In this document: positions 16,368-29,200 of the stretch, one piece after another | How positions within the stretch are numbered: position 1 is the first letter of the stretch | Layout of the letters: the number at the start of each line of letters is the position of its first letter | DNA from: an uncultured virus (IMG/VR IMGVR_UViG_3300024500_000031) | Taxonomy: Duplodnaviria; Heunggongvirae; Uroviricota; Caudoviricetes | Length of the DNA stretch: 64,000 nucleotides | Direction: 5' to 3' (one strand) | IMG/VR virus record: IMGVR_UViG_3300024500_000031 | Made by a program: the position numbers and the translations under genes | The notes under the pieces: generated by a model | Databases searched by the model: none | The model's input: the letters and a program-made list of their open reading frames with translations, nothing else | Told to the model about the DNA's origin: nothing

Positions 16368-16398
16368 AGGACCACGGCATCAACACCGTGGTCCTTTT
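16368..16398 (+). terminator. hairpin / intrinsic terminator
   Basis: Perfect 10-bp stem AGGACCACGG/CCGTGGTCCT with short T-run. Confidence 0.65.
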
Positions 16399-16418
16399 GT
16401 CCCACAGAAAGAAAGAGA

Positions 16419-17036
16419 ATGAGTGACGAATTAGTTTACATAGGCAGTATCCCAGATGCAGTAAGTGTTACCGACGTAGGCTTACAGTTTAATCACGACA
16501 TTGAATATGATCAGTGGTTACGACTAATGGCTACACTACAACAATTAACTACAGCGTTTCAGTTTGCAATTGGAGACGCACTTAACTATGGACAAAAACG
16601 CTATGGTGAAAAGTATGCACAGGCTATGGATGCTACTGGTTGCGCTTATCAAAGCCTTGCTAACTGGAGCTGGGTTTCTAATCATGTTCCTATTAGTAAC
16701 CGCGTTGCAGGTCTTAGCTGGACTCACCATCGCTTGGTCGCAAATATGGGCACGGAACAACAGAAACAAATCCTAGAATCTGCAAAAGCTCGTGGGATAT
16801 CTGTAACAGAGTTTGAACGTGAGTTGAAAGGCGAGAAAGAAGAAGAAAAGAAACCACTTAAAACAATAGAAATACCATCAGGCTGGTCAGTTGATGATGT
16901 CAATAAGGCACTGTCATTGATTAGTACTACACCAATACCTTTACAAGAAATATACGACGCAGGTCTTACTAAGTTATCTGAAGATGATGACGTTCAACGA
17001 GTAAGGTACTGCGATCAATGCCCATATAACCAATAA
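16419..17036 (+). CDS. LmbU-like transcriptional regulator
   Basis: GL......W..., IGD.L.YG..RY...Y..A...T...YQ.L.N..WV, R...LSW.HH..VA match the recalled LmbU family pattern. Confidence 0.75.
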   Translation: MSDELVYIGSIPDAVSVTDVGLQFNHDIEYDQWLRLMATLQQLTTAFQFAIGDALNYGQKRYGEKYAQAMDATGCAYQSLANWSWVSNHVPISNRVAGLSWTHHRLVANMGTEQQKQILESAKARGISVTEFERELKGEKEEEKKPLKTIEIPSGWSVDDVNKALSLISTTPIPLQEIYDAGLTKLSEDDDVQRVRYCDQCPYNQ

Positions 17037-17045
17037 GGAATAACT

Positions 17046-17753
17046 ATGATTACCGTATTTAACGGCAAGTCTTTTGGCTTGTCCGGTGCATCGTCGTCTG
17101 GCTTTGTACAAATTGACAGACTTCTTGTCAATCACATTGCAAGCTTTACACCATCCGGATTCATCACGTTCATGGCTTTAGTTATGCACGTTGACAATGA
17201 GGGATACTGTTGGCCTAGTATCAAACGTTTATGTGAATGCACAGGATTATCGGAAACAACAGTGAAAACTGCACTGCATCACCTGTCATCAATGAAAATC
17301 AATGACTGTCGCTTGCTGGAAATCAATGGCAGAACTTCTCCCAACGGGAGAACAACAAGCAATGGTTACAAACTGTTCCCAGATTCTGTACAGCATTCTG
17401 ACAACGTAAAGGTACAAGCGGTGAAGCACGCACAAAAGGAGGTGGCTAAAGAAGATGACCCTGCGTTCCCCCTAATGCAAGCATTTATGATTGAACGGTG
17501 GGGTCAATTCTCAAGTGAAAACATAAGCGACAAGGATTGGAAAAACAATAGGTTAATCATCTGGCAAATGCACAAGGCTGGAGTGAAACCAAGTGATGTC
17601 ATAGAGAAAGTCAAGACACTCAAAAACAAATGGCACTTAGAGATGATTACAGTCAGATCACTATGGAAGCATTGGGACACATATGCTTCATCGACGTACG
17701 GCAAAGTTACAAAAACTGCAAAGATAGAGGATTGGTTCAATGACAACGACTGA
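17046..17753 (+). CDS. phage replication initiator (N-terminal winged HTH)
   Basis: G.CWPSI..L...TGLS..TV..AL..L motif; directly upstream of loader and DnaB. Confidence 0.8.
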   Translation: MITVFNGKSFGLSGASSSGFVQIDRLLVNHIASFTPSGFITFMALVMHVDNEGYCWPSIKRLCECTGLSETTVKTALHHLSSMKINDCRLLEINGRTSPNGRTTSNGYKLFPDSVQHSDNVKVQAVKHAQKEVAKEDDPAFPLMQAFMIERWGQFSSENISDKDWKNNRLIIWQMHKAGVKPSDVIEKVKTLKNKWHLEMITVRSLWKHWDTYASSTYGKVTKTAKIEDWFNDND

Positions 17754-18168
17754 TAAATTGCTGGCGATTCTTTCACAACTACCTAGCTCGATACCATGGA
17801 CAGAGACAAGCGACACCGTATACAGGGTTGCAGTCAAAGGTTTGCCAGATGAAGATATTAAGCTTGGTATGCAACGCATTCTTACGCGCACAAAGTTTCG
17901 CCCTACACCATCTGAGGTATTGCTAAACGTAGCAATAGCAAAGTACGGCGATGCGCAACCACACATGGTTACTCAAGATATATCGGAAGCGATACGGCTT
18001 GGGCTTGATCCAAACAAGTTACATCCCACTGTTGTTCTAGTGTTGCGCAAGACTGGTGGTTTACGTGCGTGGCGAGTAGAGCCACCACTCAAAGGGCAAC
18101 AACTTGCCGATGTTATTAGTGAAGTGTTATTGGTCAGATTAACGGATTATATTAATGAGCAACAGTAA
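17740..18168 (+). CDS. putative helicase loader/inhibitor
   Basis: KF.PTP.E motif; located between initiator and DnaB. Confidence 0.6.
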   Translation: MTTTDKLLAILSQLPSSIPWTETSDTVYRVAVKGLPDEDIKLGMQRILTRTKFRPTPSEVLLNVAIAKYGDAQPHMVTQDISEAIRLGLDPNKLHPTVVLVLRKTGGLRAWRVEPPLKGQQLADVISEVLLVRLTDYINEQQ

Positions 18169-19531
18169 GAGTCTTGGTTTCAACATAGAGATTCCATACG
18201 ATGTTATGAGTGAGCAATCACTCATAGCATCAATTCTTCTCGGTGGTAATAAACTATTCAAGTCAATGCAACGGATTGACAAGTCTATGTTTTATCGTGT
18301 TGCCCACAGTTTAATATGGGAAGCATATAAAGCTGTAGATGATGCTAACAAAGAGATAGACATTGTCACGATCAATGAGGAGTTAGTAAAACGTAATGCA
18401 CTAGAGGCATGTGGTGGGCTTGCATATCTTATGCAGTGTGCAGAACTACTACCAACTACAGGTCACTGTAATAGTTACGCTGACCTTGTGTGGGAATACC
18501 ACAAGAGGCGTGAGATTATATTTGCATCCGAACATGCAAGTAAGCGAGCATCTACTGGTGATGATTCTACTGAAAATATAATCGCCGATTTAAATAAATC
18601 TGTTACATTCATTCAATCCGGAAAGGCTGTAGATGATTTATCTGTATTAATTTCTGACATTACAACAGAAGCTATTCACCGTACTGAAGACGCCATAGAC
18701 TACAGTGTCTCTAGCGGATTTATAGAAGTTGACAGTATTACTGGTGGATGGCGTGACGGCGAGTTAATCGTCGTTGGTGGTCGTCCATCAATGGGTAAAT
18801 CAAGCCTTGGTCTACAGTATGCATGGAATGCAGCTCTTGCATTACGAAAAGAAGAGAAGCGTACCGGGGTTCTAATAGTTAGCGCAGAAATGTCTAAAGC
18901 TATGGTTACTGCTAGGATGCTTAGCATATACAGTGGAGTAGACAGCCAATCGATACAGTCAAAGAAGCTATCTAGCTACGATAAAGACAGTCTTTCAGTT
19001 ATTGCTCGAACAGCCAAGAGCCTAACAATACAAGTGGTTGCTGATCAAACAGTTACACTGCAATCTATTAGGGAAGCAGCCAATAGCATGAAAAAGACTG
19101 CTGAGGTTGGGTTGATTGTAGTTGATTACCTACAGATGATAACGATGCCAGCAAATGTCAAGTCAGAGAATAGGACTAGGGATATTGGTGTGATTAGTCG
19201 TGGACTAAAAGACATTGCTCGTGAGTTCAACTGCCCTGTAATAGCACTATCATCATTGTCTCGTGCAGTGGAGCAACGGCAAGACAAGCGACCAATGATG
19301 TCAGACTTACGTGAGTCTGGTGATATTGAATCAGATGCAGACGTGATTCAGTTTATCTACAGGGCTGGATACTACGAAAAGAAACAGGCAGATGATCACA
19401 TAGATGATATTGATAAAGCAGAAATCATAACGGCTAAGAACCGTAATGGCAGGACGGGCGTATCACTACTCAACTTTGAGAGTAAGTACGCCCGGTTCAC
19501 TGACTTTACATCAGACGACTTGTTTCTTTAA
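18155..19531 (+). CDS. dnaB: replicative DNA helicase
   Basis: GRPSMGKS Walker A, SAEM, VVDYLQ, SR.VEQR.DKRP.MSDLRESG.IE.DAD, KNRNG.TG. Confidence 0.98.
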   Translation: MSNSKSLGFNIEIPYDVMSEQSLIASILLGGNKLFKSMQRIDKSMFYRVAHSLIWEAYKAVDDANKEIDIVTINEELVKRNALEACGGLAYLMQCAELLPTTGHCNSYADLVWEYHKRREIIFASEHASKRASTGDDSTENIIADLNKSVTFIQSGKAVDDLSVLISDITTEAIHRTEDAIDYSVSSGFIEVDSITGGWRDGELIVVGGRPSMGKSSLGLQYAWNAALALRKEEKRTGVLIVSAEMSKAMVTARMLSIYSGVDSQSIQSKKLSSYDKDSLSVIARTAKSLTIQVVADQTVTLQSIREAANSMKKTAEVGLIVVDYLQMITMPANVKSENRTRDIGVISRGLKDIAREFNCPVIALSSLSRAVEQRQDKRPMMSDLRESGDIESDADVIQFIYRAGYYEKKQADDHIDDIDKAEIITAKNRNGRTGVSLLNFESKYARFTDFTSDDLFL

Positions 19532-20293
19532 GTAGACTTTCTTGTGGTCATTATTGACGACGCAATCAAAATCAAGACTACGGGCAATATCTCTGACAGG
19601 TGCATACGATTTGCCATCTCGTAGAATACATTGAACGGCCAGTGCTTCACCGTTGAGGACTGGCCCATCTTCCCAAGCCAATAAAGAATCATCCCCAACG
19701 ACAAGCCGAACAAAATCCCTGACAGGCGCGTAGGTTCTACCGTTTTGCACAAACGCAATAATGTGTTTGTCACCATATACAATCTTCCAATCTTGTCCAC
19801 TTTGTAACAATGACCACGGTCGAACAAAATACAGTGCATCTTTACTTCTGTTTCTGTATAGAGGTCGATGAGCTACCTCATATCCGTTACGGCTTCCGTC
19901 GTTATTACTGTTCCCTTCAATGGAATACCAAATCCCATTTTCATCTTGACCTTCAACAATACCAATATGAAACGCATCTTGCCTTCCATTTCTCGAGGTC
20001 TTCACAAGCAATACAAGGTCTCCTGCCATTGGCGCTCGATGAAGAACGCCATGCTTTTTAGCAACAGCTAACCAGACATCGCAGTCTGCACTAAAGCATA
20101 ACGGCCAATCAAGTCCACTCTTACTTTCCCATTCAGAAGCAACTCCACTAACAAACGATGCGCACCAATAACTTGCAATGGGTGCATTTACTAATGTGTT
20201 CCAACGATCAATTAAAGGGCCACAGTTACTGCCTATTGGCTGCTCGGTCACACCAATATACTTTTGTGCAATTTTAATAAACTGCTCTACCAT
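19511..20293 (-). CDS. endolysin: CHAP domain plus C-terminal copper-amine-oxidase-N-like (stalk) repeats
   Basis: WCASFVS, HIGIV, IEGNSN catalytic motifs; two G..YAPVRD repeats. Confidence 0.85.
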   Translation of the reverse strand: MVEQFIKIAQKYIGVTEQPIGSNCGPLIDRWNTLVNAPIASYWCASFVSGVASEWESKSGLDWPLCFSADCDVWLAVAKKHGVLHRAPMAGDLVLLVKTSRNGRQDAFHIGIVEGQDENGIWYSIEGNSNNDGSRNGYEVAHRPLYRNRSKDALYFVRPWSLLQSGQDWKIVYGDKHIIAFVQNGRTYAPVRDFVRLVVGDDSLLAWEDGPVLNGEALAVQCILRDGKSYAPVRDIARSLDFDCVVNNDHKKVYLKKQVV

Positions 20294-20295
20294 GA

Positions 20296-23200
20296 TTATC
20301 TAGAACCTCTCTCAGATGCTCGCTGTAACTGTTCCCAACTAACCGCTGGTAAAGTCTGTCTTGCTTGTTGCTCTATAACTTCGCTCTTCAATCTATCTGG
20401 ACGACGAGTTGATGACTCAATAAGTTTTTGTGTTGGCATCAACGGATATGGCACAGGTTGTTTTCTTTCAAAGCCCTTACCACTTATATCTCCAGTTCCC
20501 GGTATTCCACTCCACAATGCACCTAACCCAAATTCACTAATGGTTTGAAATATTCCCGGATAATCATATTCAAACTGTTTTTGAAGACGAGTTATATCGC
20601 CATATCTAATTCCACCTTTTGACATATTTGGAATTTTGACATCTAAATCGTAGTTGTAATACTCATTTTCCAATCCAATGAAACGCATCCAGTTAGCCAA
20701 CGAATGATTATAATCAGCGTTATCAACATATTGCATACGCTCAAGATCATTCATCATTTTTTGAATTGGCACCATTTGACCATTCATTGCTGCACGACTC
20801 ATTCCATTTGGATATGCAAGTTTGAGTAACGCCAGTTGATAACCGAATGGTCCAGATTGCGCAATAAGCTCATCATAATGCGCAAGAAAATATCTCCATC
20901 CGGGATGCTCTTGATATGTTGCAGAGTTAAATATGTTGGTTTTACCTGTAAGTTGATCTTTCATTGCAACGTACATTGGGTTAACACGAGATGTAAATTC
21001 TGTGCTAAACATAGCCTCTGCTGCAGCAGCTGGTAATGATTCACCAGCCTTCATGTTGCGTTGCATTTGCAAATATGGCTGTAGTAAAAACCTATTCCAT
21101 CCCATAATAATAGGTGGAGCCTGCACCTCCATATTTCCTAATGTCACAACCTTTGCTGTACCAGCTGGTGGTTGGGTAACTCCTAGTTTCTGTTCATCCA
21201 TTAAATGTTTAATTTTTGCTATCTGATACCAGTGTGTCTGCTTTCCTTGAGCTGCTAGTAAAGCACGGCTTTGTGCGATGTTTTGCATAAACAAAGCAGC
21301 ACCAAAAAGTAAAGCCGTATTAATAGCGGTTCCTGTAAAACGAGTCAAATAATAACTAAATGGTGTGTTAATAATATTTCCATCAGCCGTTTTTACTTGA
21401 CCAATAGCCGATAAGAAATTATGGTATGCACCTAGATTAACTGTGTTGTAACCAACACCTTTAAAGAACTTACGCCATACTGGCCTAAACGCCATATTCA
21501 CTAAATAACCAGCTGTCAACTCTGGCACCATAGGTAATAGAGTAAACATCTTAAGTGACTTACCCCAGTTAGGTGCGGTAAATATGGCTTGGGCTTTGTA
21601 TTGAACCTCCCGTGCGACTGGATGTAATAACACGTCATCACCAACTGGTGAGCCAGAAATAGTGTTAATAATACGAGCAAAATTTCGCTTAAGTTTATTT
21701 TGCTCCATAGTAACTAACGAATCGCTTCTTCCTAAACTTTCAAAAACTTTGCGATCGACAATTCTAGCTAATTCTAAAAACTGTTTTATTCGCAATAAGT
21801 CAGTTGACAGTAACCCACCACGCTCAGTCATACCAACAAATGGAATTAGTCGTTGACCTAATACTCCTCCTCCTAAATTTTCAGCACCAGTTAACTGAAT
21901 AGGGACATCTTTCAATTCAATTAACGGGTTAGCCGCTTTAATAGCAGCTGCTGTCGCATACCATTCTCCATATGATGTCGATAAACCAAACTCGTTTAAA
22001 TCTTCAATGGTATAACTGCGACTACGGCCAAGTTCTTTGTCGTATATTCCGGGTACTGTTGCTTTTTTTGTAAATGGTATTGCGCCAATACTAAACTGAC
22101 TTCCAATGCGACCATATTTACGGAAAATGCCATCAATAATTCTGTGATACATGATGTCGCCGTAAGCAGTATCTTTCTGATGAGCAAATAGTTTTTGGAA
22201 TAGTGTCCCTTTACCATTACTTCCATGTGGGAACCAAATGTTAGGAGCCATGCCTAATAAGCCATACATCTGCATAGCCATATCTTTTGGTCGCATAGAA
22301 ACTAATGCATAATTCTGAATAAACGGACGAGCAAAGTCACGGCTAAGTCGTTTTACAACTTCCCATCCGGAACCTTCTGTCCAAACATCTGCAATAGCAC
22401 GCCATACAGGATAGTCAGGTGGCAAACTATTAGTCGGTAAAGTTGCACCTTGTCCGTTAGGTAAATTTTTTAGTTGGTCAATTTCAGCTGGACTAGAACT
22501 AAACATGGCTGAGATAACATCATCGTATTGATTCTCAGGGATAGTAAAGTACACGTCATCGCCATCAACTGACACGCCAACTTGGTCAACATCATTATGC
22601 TTTTGAATGATGATGTTTTCTGGTTGCCTATTAACACTGATGCGCTTTTCAATGTCTTCAAGACGTTGCAATTGCCACTCTCTTTTGACATCTTCATTGC
22701 CAACTGCCTCTACTGGTAATTCCCCAAGGCCACGAACTAAACTCATTTCCAATTCGCTAAATGGTTTAGAATGTTCACTTGGCATGTCACCACTAGACAT
22801 CCATGTTCCTTCACGCCTATTATTTACAATGGCTGACTGAAGCATTGAGTAAGATTGATCGCCACTTCCAATGGTTACATTGTTGACCTTAAATTGCTTA
22901 GACATATCTTTGCGCCATGCAGAACTTACAGTCTCAGGATTTGTTCTTTGAGCGCGAGCAATTAACATCTTCGCAATAAACACTTCAGGACGAATGATAG
23001 AAGTCTTTCGTATACGTTCTAAAGACTCATAGTTTTCTGGGTTGGCTGTATCAAAATATTGATTCATTGCCACACCCATTAAAAACGCAGGGCTTTGAGT
23101 AAGGATGCGCTGGTTGTTAACCTCAGTAAGAGTTCCGTCATCACCATGTACATGGTAGAAACCCTTGTATGGATTATTTACTTGGTAAACCTTGTAACGT

Positions 23201-26200
23201 AGGCCAGTCTCAAGGAAATCTTTGTTTGTGTTTTTACTGAGGCGGTAGAGGTGTATACCTACATCACTACTAGTAGAACTGTAATCACGCTCGCGCAAAA
23301 TAACGATACCTTTAGGATCAATGGCTAATTGCTCGGCCTCCATCTTACTTAAAGAATTTAAAATGGTTTCTGCAACGCGAACATCTAGCGGATCACCTAC
23401 ACTTGCATAACGCACTGGAGCTTCAGGGTTATACAAAGGATATCTGTTACTGTGAATATCAGCCTTAATTACTTTTCCAGAACGCAGATAGTCTGGAGCA
23501 ATATTTACTACCTCGTTCGTACGTAAGTTGACTTGCAGCATCCGTCCAGAATCATCAACAATCCTGACCTTTCCATTGTCAACAAATGCACCTGTTGGAA
23601 GACTATACTTCTGCCAGTTATATCTAGCATTAGCGATAACGCGTTCTTGTAAATCAAGGATACTTGCTGTACTAGTTACAAGCCTTATTGCTTTAGCGCG
23701 TTCATTTTCATTTAAACTTGTTAAACGATCAAGGAACTCAGTCTTTCCTACAAAGTTATCTCTTCCAAAAATAACATCCATTGTCCTGTTGAGAACATAA
23801 CCAGCACCGTTTACATGATGTGGGCGTCCTTCTAGTTCGATAGGCTGGTTAGTGGCAAGAGCCGTTAGTAAATCATTGATGATACGTATTCCAGAAAATG
23901 CATCAGATCCACCTATCTGGCTGGAATTAAGTACGTATTCAAAAATAGGTAACACACTACCAGCTGTTGTCCCATCAATGTAGTTTAACGATAACTGTTG
24001 TTCTTCTGGAAGCCCCTCATTGAATGCATCTATAACATCCTGCACTCTATCTTCGACCGGACGCCGCCCTTCTTTTACAGCAGCTCTATTGACTGGGCGT
24101 ACAAACATTGCTGAGTACAACTGATTAAAGAATTCATTTTGCCCATCAACAATAAACGTATCTAGCTCCGAAAATGGAACACCTGCTGCCAGCGCTTTTT
24201 GTCGCAAACTGCCTTCAAGGGATTTAGAGAAGTTAGATAACGCGTTGTATTCCGCACTGCCATAGTCAATTGTGAATACATTATTGTTGTATACACCATG
24301 ACGAGAATCTTTTAGTGCATGCCGGAATATGCCTTCGCGTTGCATAAATTGAGCTAGTGGTGTAACTCCAAACGTATTTAAACGTTCAAGAAAAGCATAA
24401 CCTTCTTCTGTATATCCACCTTCCGGATTCATTAAACCCCGGCTACGCATTATCTCTAGTACATTGGCTTCAAATGTATTACGACCAGCAACAATTGGTG
24501 CATACATGTCAACACCAGCAGCTCGCACATCTTTACCTTGGTCTCCATGATAAGCAGCAATCCGTTGGGCTGGCGTAAACATATCACGAGTGTTAGTTCG
24601 GAAATCATTTGCAGTGCCAGTAAACAATTTCTTCTCAAGGGTAAGTTGATCTTGATAGGAATGATAGTCGGATATAGACCTAGTGATCGTATCTAACTTA
24701 CTATTTAGGTCATACAGCGTAGCTGAAAATTTAGGATTAAAATCTCCAGAATAACCTAATAACTGGGGATTGTAGGTTGAATCCATCAAATCACGAGATG
24801 AAACTAGATATCTAGCAGTGCCCTCAAAGCGCCTGCTTGAACCGCGTTTATTTTTGTCACGTATTGCAACAGTAACTGGAGCTTCAATTACAAAATAAGA
24901 ATCAGTATTTGGAACAGTTGTATACCGTGGATCTTTTGGTCCGGCATCAGCAGCATCGTCAGTTACAGCAAAACGAGTGCTGAAAAATCCATCAGGCAGT
25001 ACGCCATCGTTGTCCCTAAGACTAACAAAATCAAATTGCTTTCCGCCGATAGTGTAAGCAAAAACTGTTTGACGTTGATAATCTCCCTTGTTACGGAGAA
25101 CTACTTTGTCAACAATGCGACCATTGTACGGTTGCGACCAGTTTTGACTTTCCGTTAGATCTGTAAGCTTGTCGCTTCCGGCTGGTATTACAAAAAAGTC
25201 TACATCGCCACCTGCATTAACTAACTGATGTATATATGCCAAAGCATTCTTGTTATCAAATGGCACATTAACCTGACGATTAATAGGCTCGCCGTTTGGA
25301 CCCGCTATTGTATATTGAACCTTAAAACCAAACTTGTGATGCACAGAGTCTGTTTGACCAGTTGACATCCACATCTTTAATAGGTCAGATACATTAAAGA
25401 TGTTATGTGCATCAGTATCTAGACGGCCTTTATTAGGCACATACAACCGTACGTAATCACCTTGACGAACGGCTGGATATTCAATAACACGTTTGTTGCC
25501 AGTCATGTATTGAGCTGTAGGAATTGGTGCAGACCATGCTTTATGTGGCTTTCCATTTTCCAAAATCATATCTGCAGGACTACTCCTAGCAAGCAGTGTC
25601 CACATACTCCTAATAGGAGCAGCTACCTGTTGGAAAATTGCTGCAGCATCTGTGTCCACCGCACGTGATGGATTGTCAGAAATTGGTTCGCCAAAATCAG
25701 CAATAAAATTTTGTAAAGCCACTGCAAACATTTCATGTGCAGATCCAAACCAATCGCGTTGCATCATCTTGATGCGATCTTCACTCATGCCTTGTTCTTG
25801 CCAGAACTGCACTACCTCATCACTGCGCCACTTTGTAGATAATGGTTCATTTACAGATTCCGGATATGCCTTATTAAATATCTCTATGGCTCGCATCTGT
25901 AATATTGCTGGAAACAGAGGATTGTCTTTCAGTTTAGGATCCGAAATATCTTCTATAGATGGTAATAACGAACTTAAAAAGTTAACCTGAGTCATGTCGT
26001 CCAATGCTGTGAACAAAGCATGAGTCATTTCGTGATAGAGAGTATCCGCAGTACGTGGCCCATTAGCCTCGGATGCAATCATCATTAATCTCTGAGCAGC
26101 CAAAAACGCACCATGTATTTGGCGACCATCTTTCGCGGTCACCATTTGTGCACTAGTAGAACGCATCAACTCAGAAGATGTCATTAACATCTTGCCACTA

Positions 26201-29200
26201 TGCATGTAGTAATTCATGCGATATTTAGCAATAAGATAGGTTTGCAATGCATTCTTTTGCTCATCAGTCAATAATTGACGACGAACATCAGACCGAATAA
26301 CACCCATATTTTCCGCTAGTGCATCTAAGATTGCTGCAAATGATCCAGCACTACCTTTAAATACATCGACAATCTCTGGAGATACACCTACTTTCCGCAT
26401 TGCATCTACAATTTCAGCACGGTGTTCTGGTCTGTCAGATGTTAATAGCATTGCGTACTGTTTTTGTGCATAACCAAAAGCAAAATTGTCATACAGCTTA
26501 GCTAAGCCTATAGATAAGTCTTTAGCAGTACGCATAAAACCAAGGTCAACCTGCATGTCAACAGTGGCTGATGAATTTGTCATCCGCTCTTCGTACAAGC
26601 GTTTTGTTTTTATAATTTCATCTCTATCTGCTTGTGAATAAACAGACATGTCCAACTTGTCATACAAGCTGACTAAGTATTCTGCTGTTGCAGGTGTTAT
26701 GGAGTTGATATCAGCTGGTTGTGAATAAATGGTTGGTAATACATCTCTGTGTAAATAAGAGACGTCATCGCCTTCCAATGCACCAATCGCTGTGGCAATC
26801 TCATATGGTGTGTCAACATAACCTGCTCTGTGACTGTAATAAGCACCCGAATAATCTGGCTGAGAAAATAATCTCAACATCCCATTAACAGAAAATGCAG
26901 CAGATAATTCCGTGAATACATCATCTGGAAGGTTAACATTTTTTAGTTGACCCTTCAGGTATATACTCGCTTCGGTTACAAACGTCTCTACGGTTTGATC
27001 CGCTACTTGCATCTCTGGGTTAAATAAAACATCAAGTGAATCTATTACACGTTGAAGTCTAAACCGTTCATTCCGCTCAATGTTTCTGAGTTGTTTTTTA
27101 AGTACATCAGCTACGCGTACTTTCCAATTATTCTGCGCTGCTCTTGCAATATCTGGATTGTCAAAGTTTTGTTCTGATAATTTACCGATACGTTCTGGTG
27201 CAGCAGCACCTGCACGGGCAATGCGTCGCTGTGAGTTTTCGGCATCACCCATTGCTGATAAATGATCTAATGTTGTCCTAAAATCAAATTGTTTTAACAG
27301 TAACCCTTCAAGCATCGCTTGCATACCAGAATAGTTACGAGCATGTAATGCATATAATCTAATCTTTTCAGTTGGTGTTTCCGATGTAGCCATTCCATCA
27401 AAGGCTTCTTCGTTAACTGTAGTCCCAACTAATTCAGTAATTTCTACAAGGGCATCACTACTTAGAAAATCAACTAAATCCTCATCAGCATCATCTCTAG
27501 ATAACATTAAATCCTGTTCCGTAATTACGACAGAATTATCTGGTGCATCTGGATTCATTGAGTCAATGCGCGTACTGCGTGGCGATACGGGTCTCCTACC
27601 AGCAATAACAGACTGAGTTAATCCAGCTATAGTTATCTCACCAGTTACTGGATTTTCGATCACCTCTATAGGAGCACTAGCACGTCTCATGGCTGCTAGG
27701 TCCTCGTTAATCCCACGTGTGCGATCGTACTGACGAGCAATACTTGTAGTTGTTTTGTGTGTCACTGCTGGTAAGAAGTTATTGCTTAATAGGTTATCTT
27801 TAGTAAGCAATGTCATTAACTCACCAGACATTGTCATTAGTAACGCAACTTTATCCGCCATATTTTCGCCATTGTCTATTGCTAGAAATGCCGGTAACTG
27901 CTCGGAGGTATACGTATTGAATGCGTTTAAGGCTTTAATAAAATCATCTTTACCATCTTCATTAGATTCAGTTTTCTGCGCTTGCGAATCCATGAATTCT
28001 TTGCGTATCGTGTCATACTTGTATCTAATGTCAGCAATAAATTCTGGTGATTCGTTATCAGCCTGAGCTTTTGCTAGTTCAGCTTGCTCTTCACGTGCAA
28101 CATTAGCAAGATAAATATCCTTGGTTTTCTGATCATCTAACGATGAACGTACAGTACTAGTTGTATCTGCTGTCTCGGAATCACCTGATGTATCAGCAAT
28201 AAGTCGATTGCCATATGCCTGACTACTAGCAGCAACATCACCAGTGCTAATCAGTACTTCATTTGCTGAGTTTTCACTTGTATAAAATGAACGCATATAT
28301 TCATATGCATTACCTAATTCATCTACAAGAGATGTAAATGTGTCATCAAGTAAATCGGAATACAAAGCATCAATTTGTTTTGCTACTTCCAATACTTTGT
28401 CAAAGCTTTTAAATGCTTTGTTAAATGCATTTACGCGAGCCGTCTCCAATGCCATCTTAGTCGCTTGAATTAAATCCGAATCTTTTGCTTCGACAGCACG
28501 ATCGTATGCTCGTTTTAAACCTGTTACATCAAATTGATCTTCAAATACTTTTAAAATCCGATTGAGAGAAGAGATATCTTTAACATCAAAATGTGCAAGT
28601 GCCATGGCAAAAGCAACAGCATGAGTGTTGTTCTTTAGTTGCTCATAAACACTTCTACGTGCAACAGCTAACACATCGGCTTGCTGTCGTCCCTGATCAT
28701 CCTTACCTTCTTCGATAATTGTCTTAGCTTCGGTTTCCGATAAGGCCTGATCTAATATCACTTGCACTGCACGATCAAGTGACTGTTGTGAATCTATGTA
28801 TGCTAAATTTGTAGCAGTTCCATCACTTGTTAATGAAAACTCTCGGTTGCCACTAATGGGTGAAGGCGTATATGACCCAATCCTAGCTAAAGTTGCAGGA
28901 TCCATGTCATTAATTTGATTGCGTAAATCGGACAATATAGTCAATAGACTAGTTTTAGAATTCTCGTCAAGTGCAGGAGATGTTGCTACACGATTAGCAA
29001 TCTCAGTACCAAGCAGTGCTAGAGTCTGAATAAATGAAACTCGATTTGTTTGATGAGCGGACGTCTCGTCAGTCCACCCCATAAAATCACCGTTAACGAT
29101 GTCGTTTTCAATTGATTTTAAAATGATGGTAGGTATAGCTTGGTTAGCGATATACGCATTCATTTCTTGTTGGTATCGACGATACGAGTTGGCATCCATA

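Noticed and set aside
17046..17753. Iteron origin inside the initiator gene
   Set aside because: No clear direct repeats were visible by eye.
22555..22580. VDGDD in the giant protein as a virion RNA polymerase catalytic motif
   Set aside because: It lacks the first Asp of DxDGD and no supporting motifs were seen.
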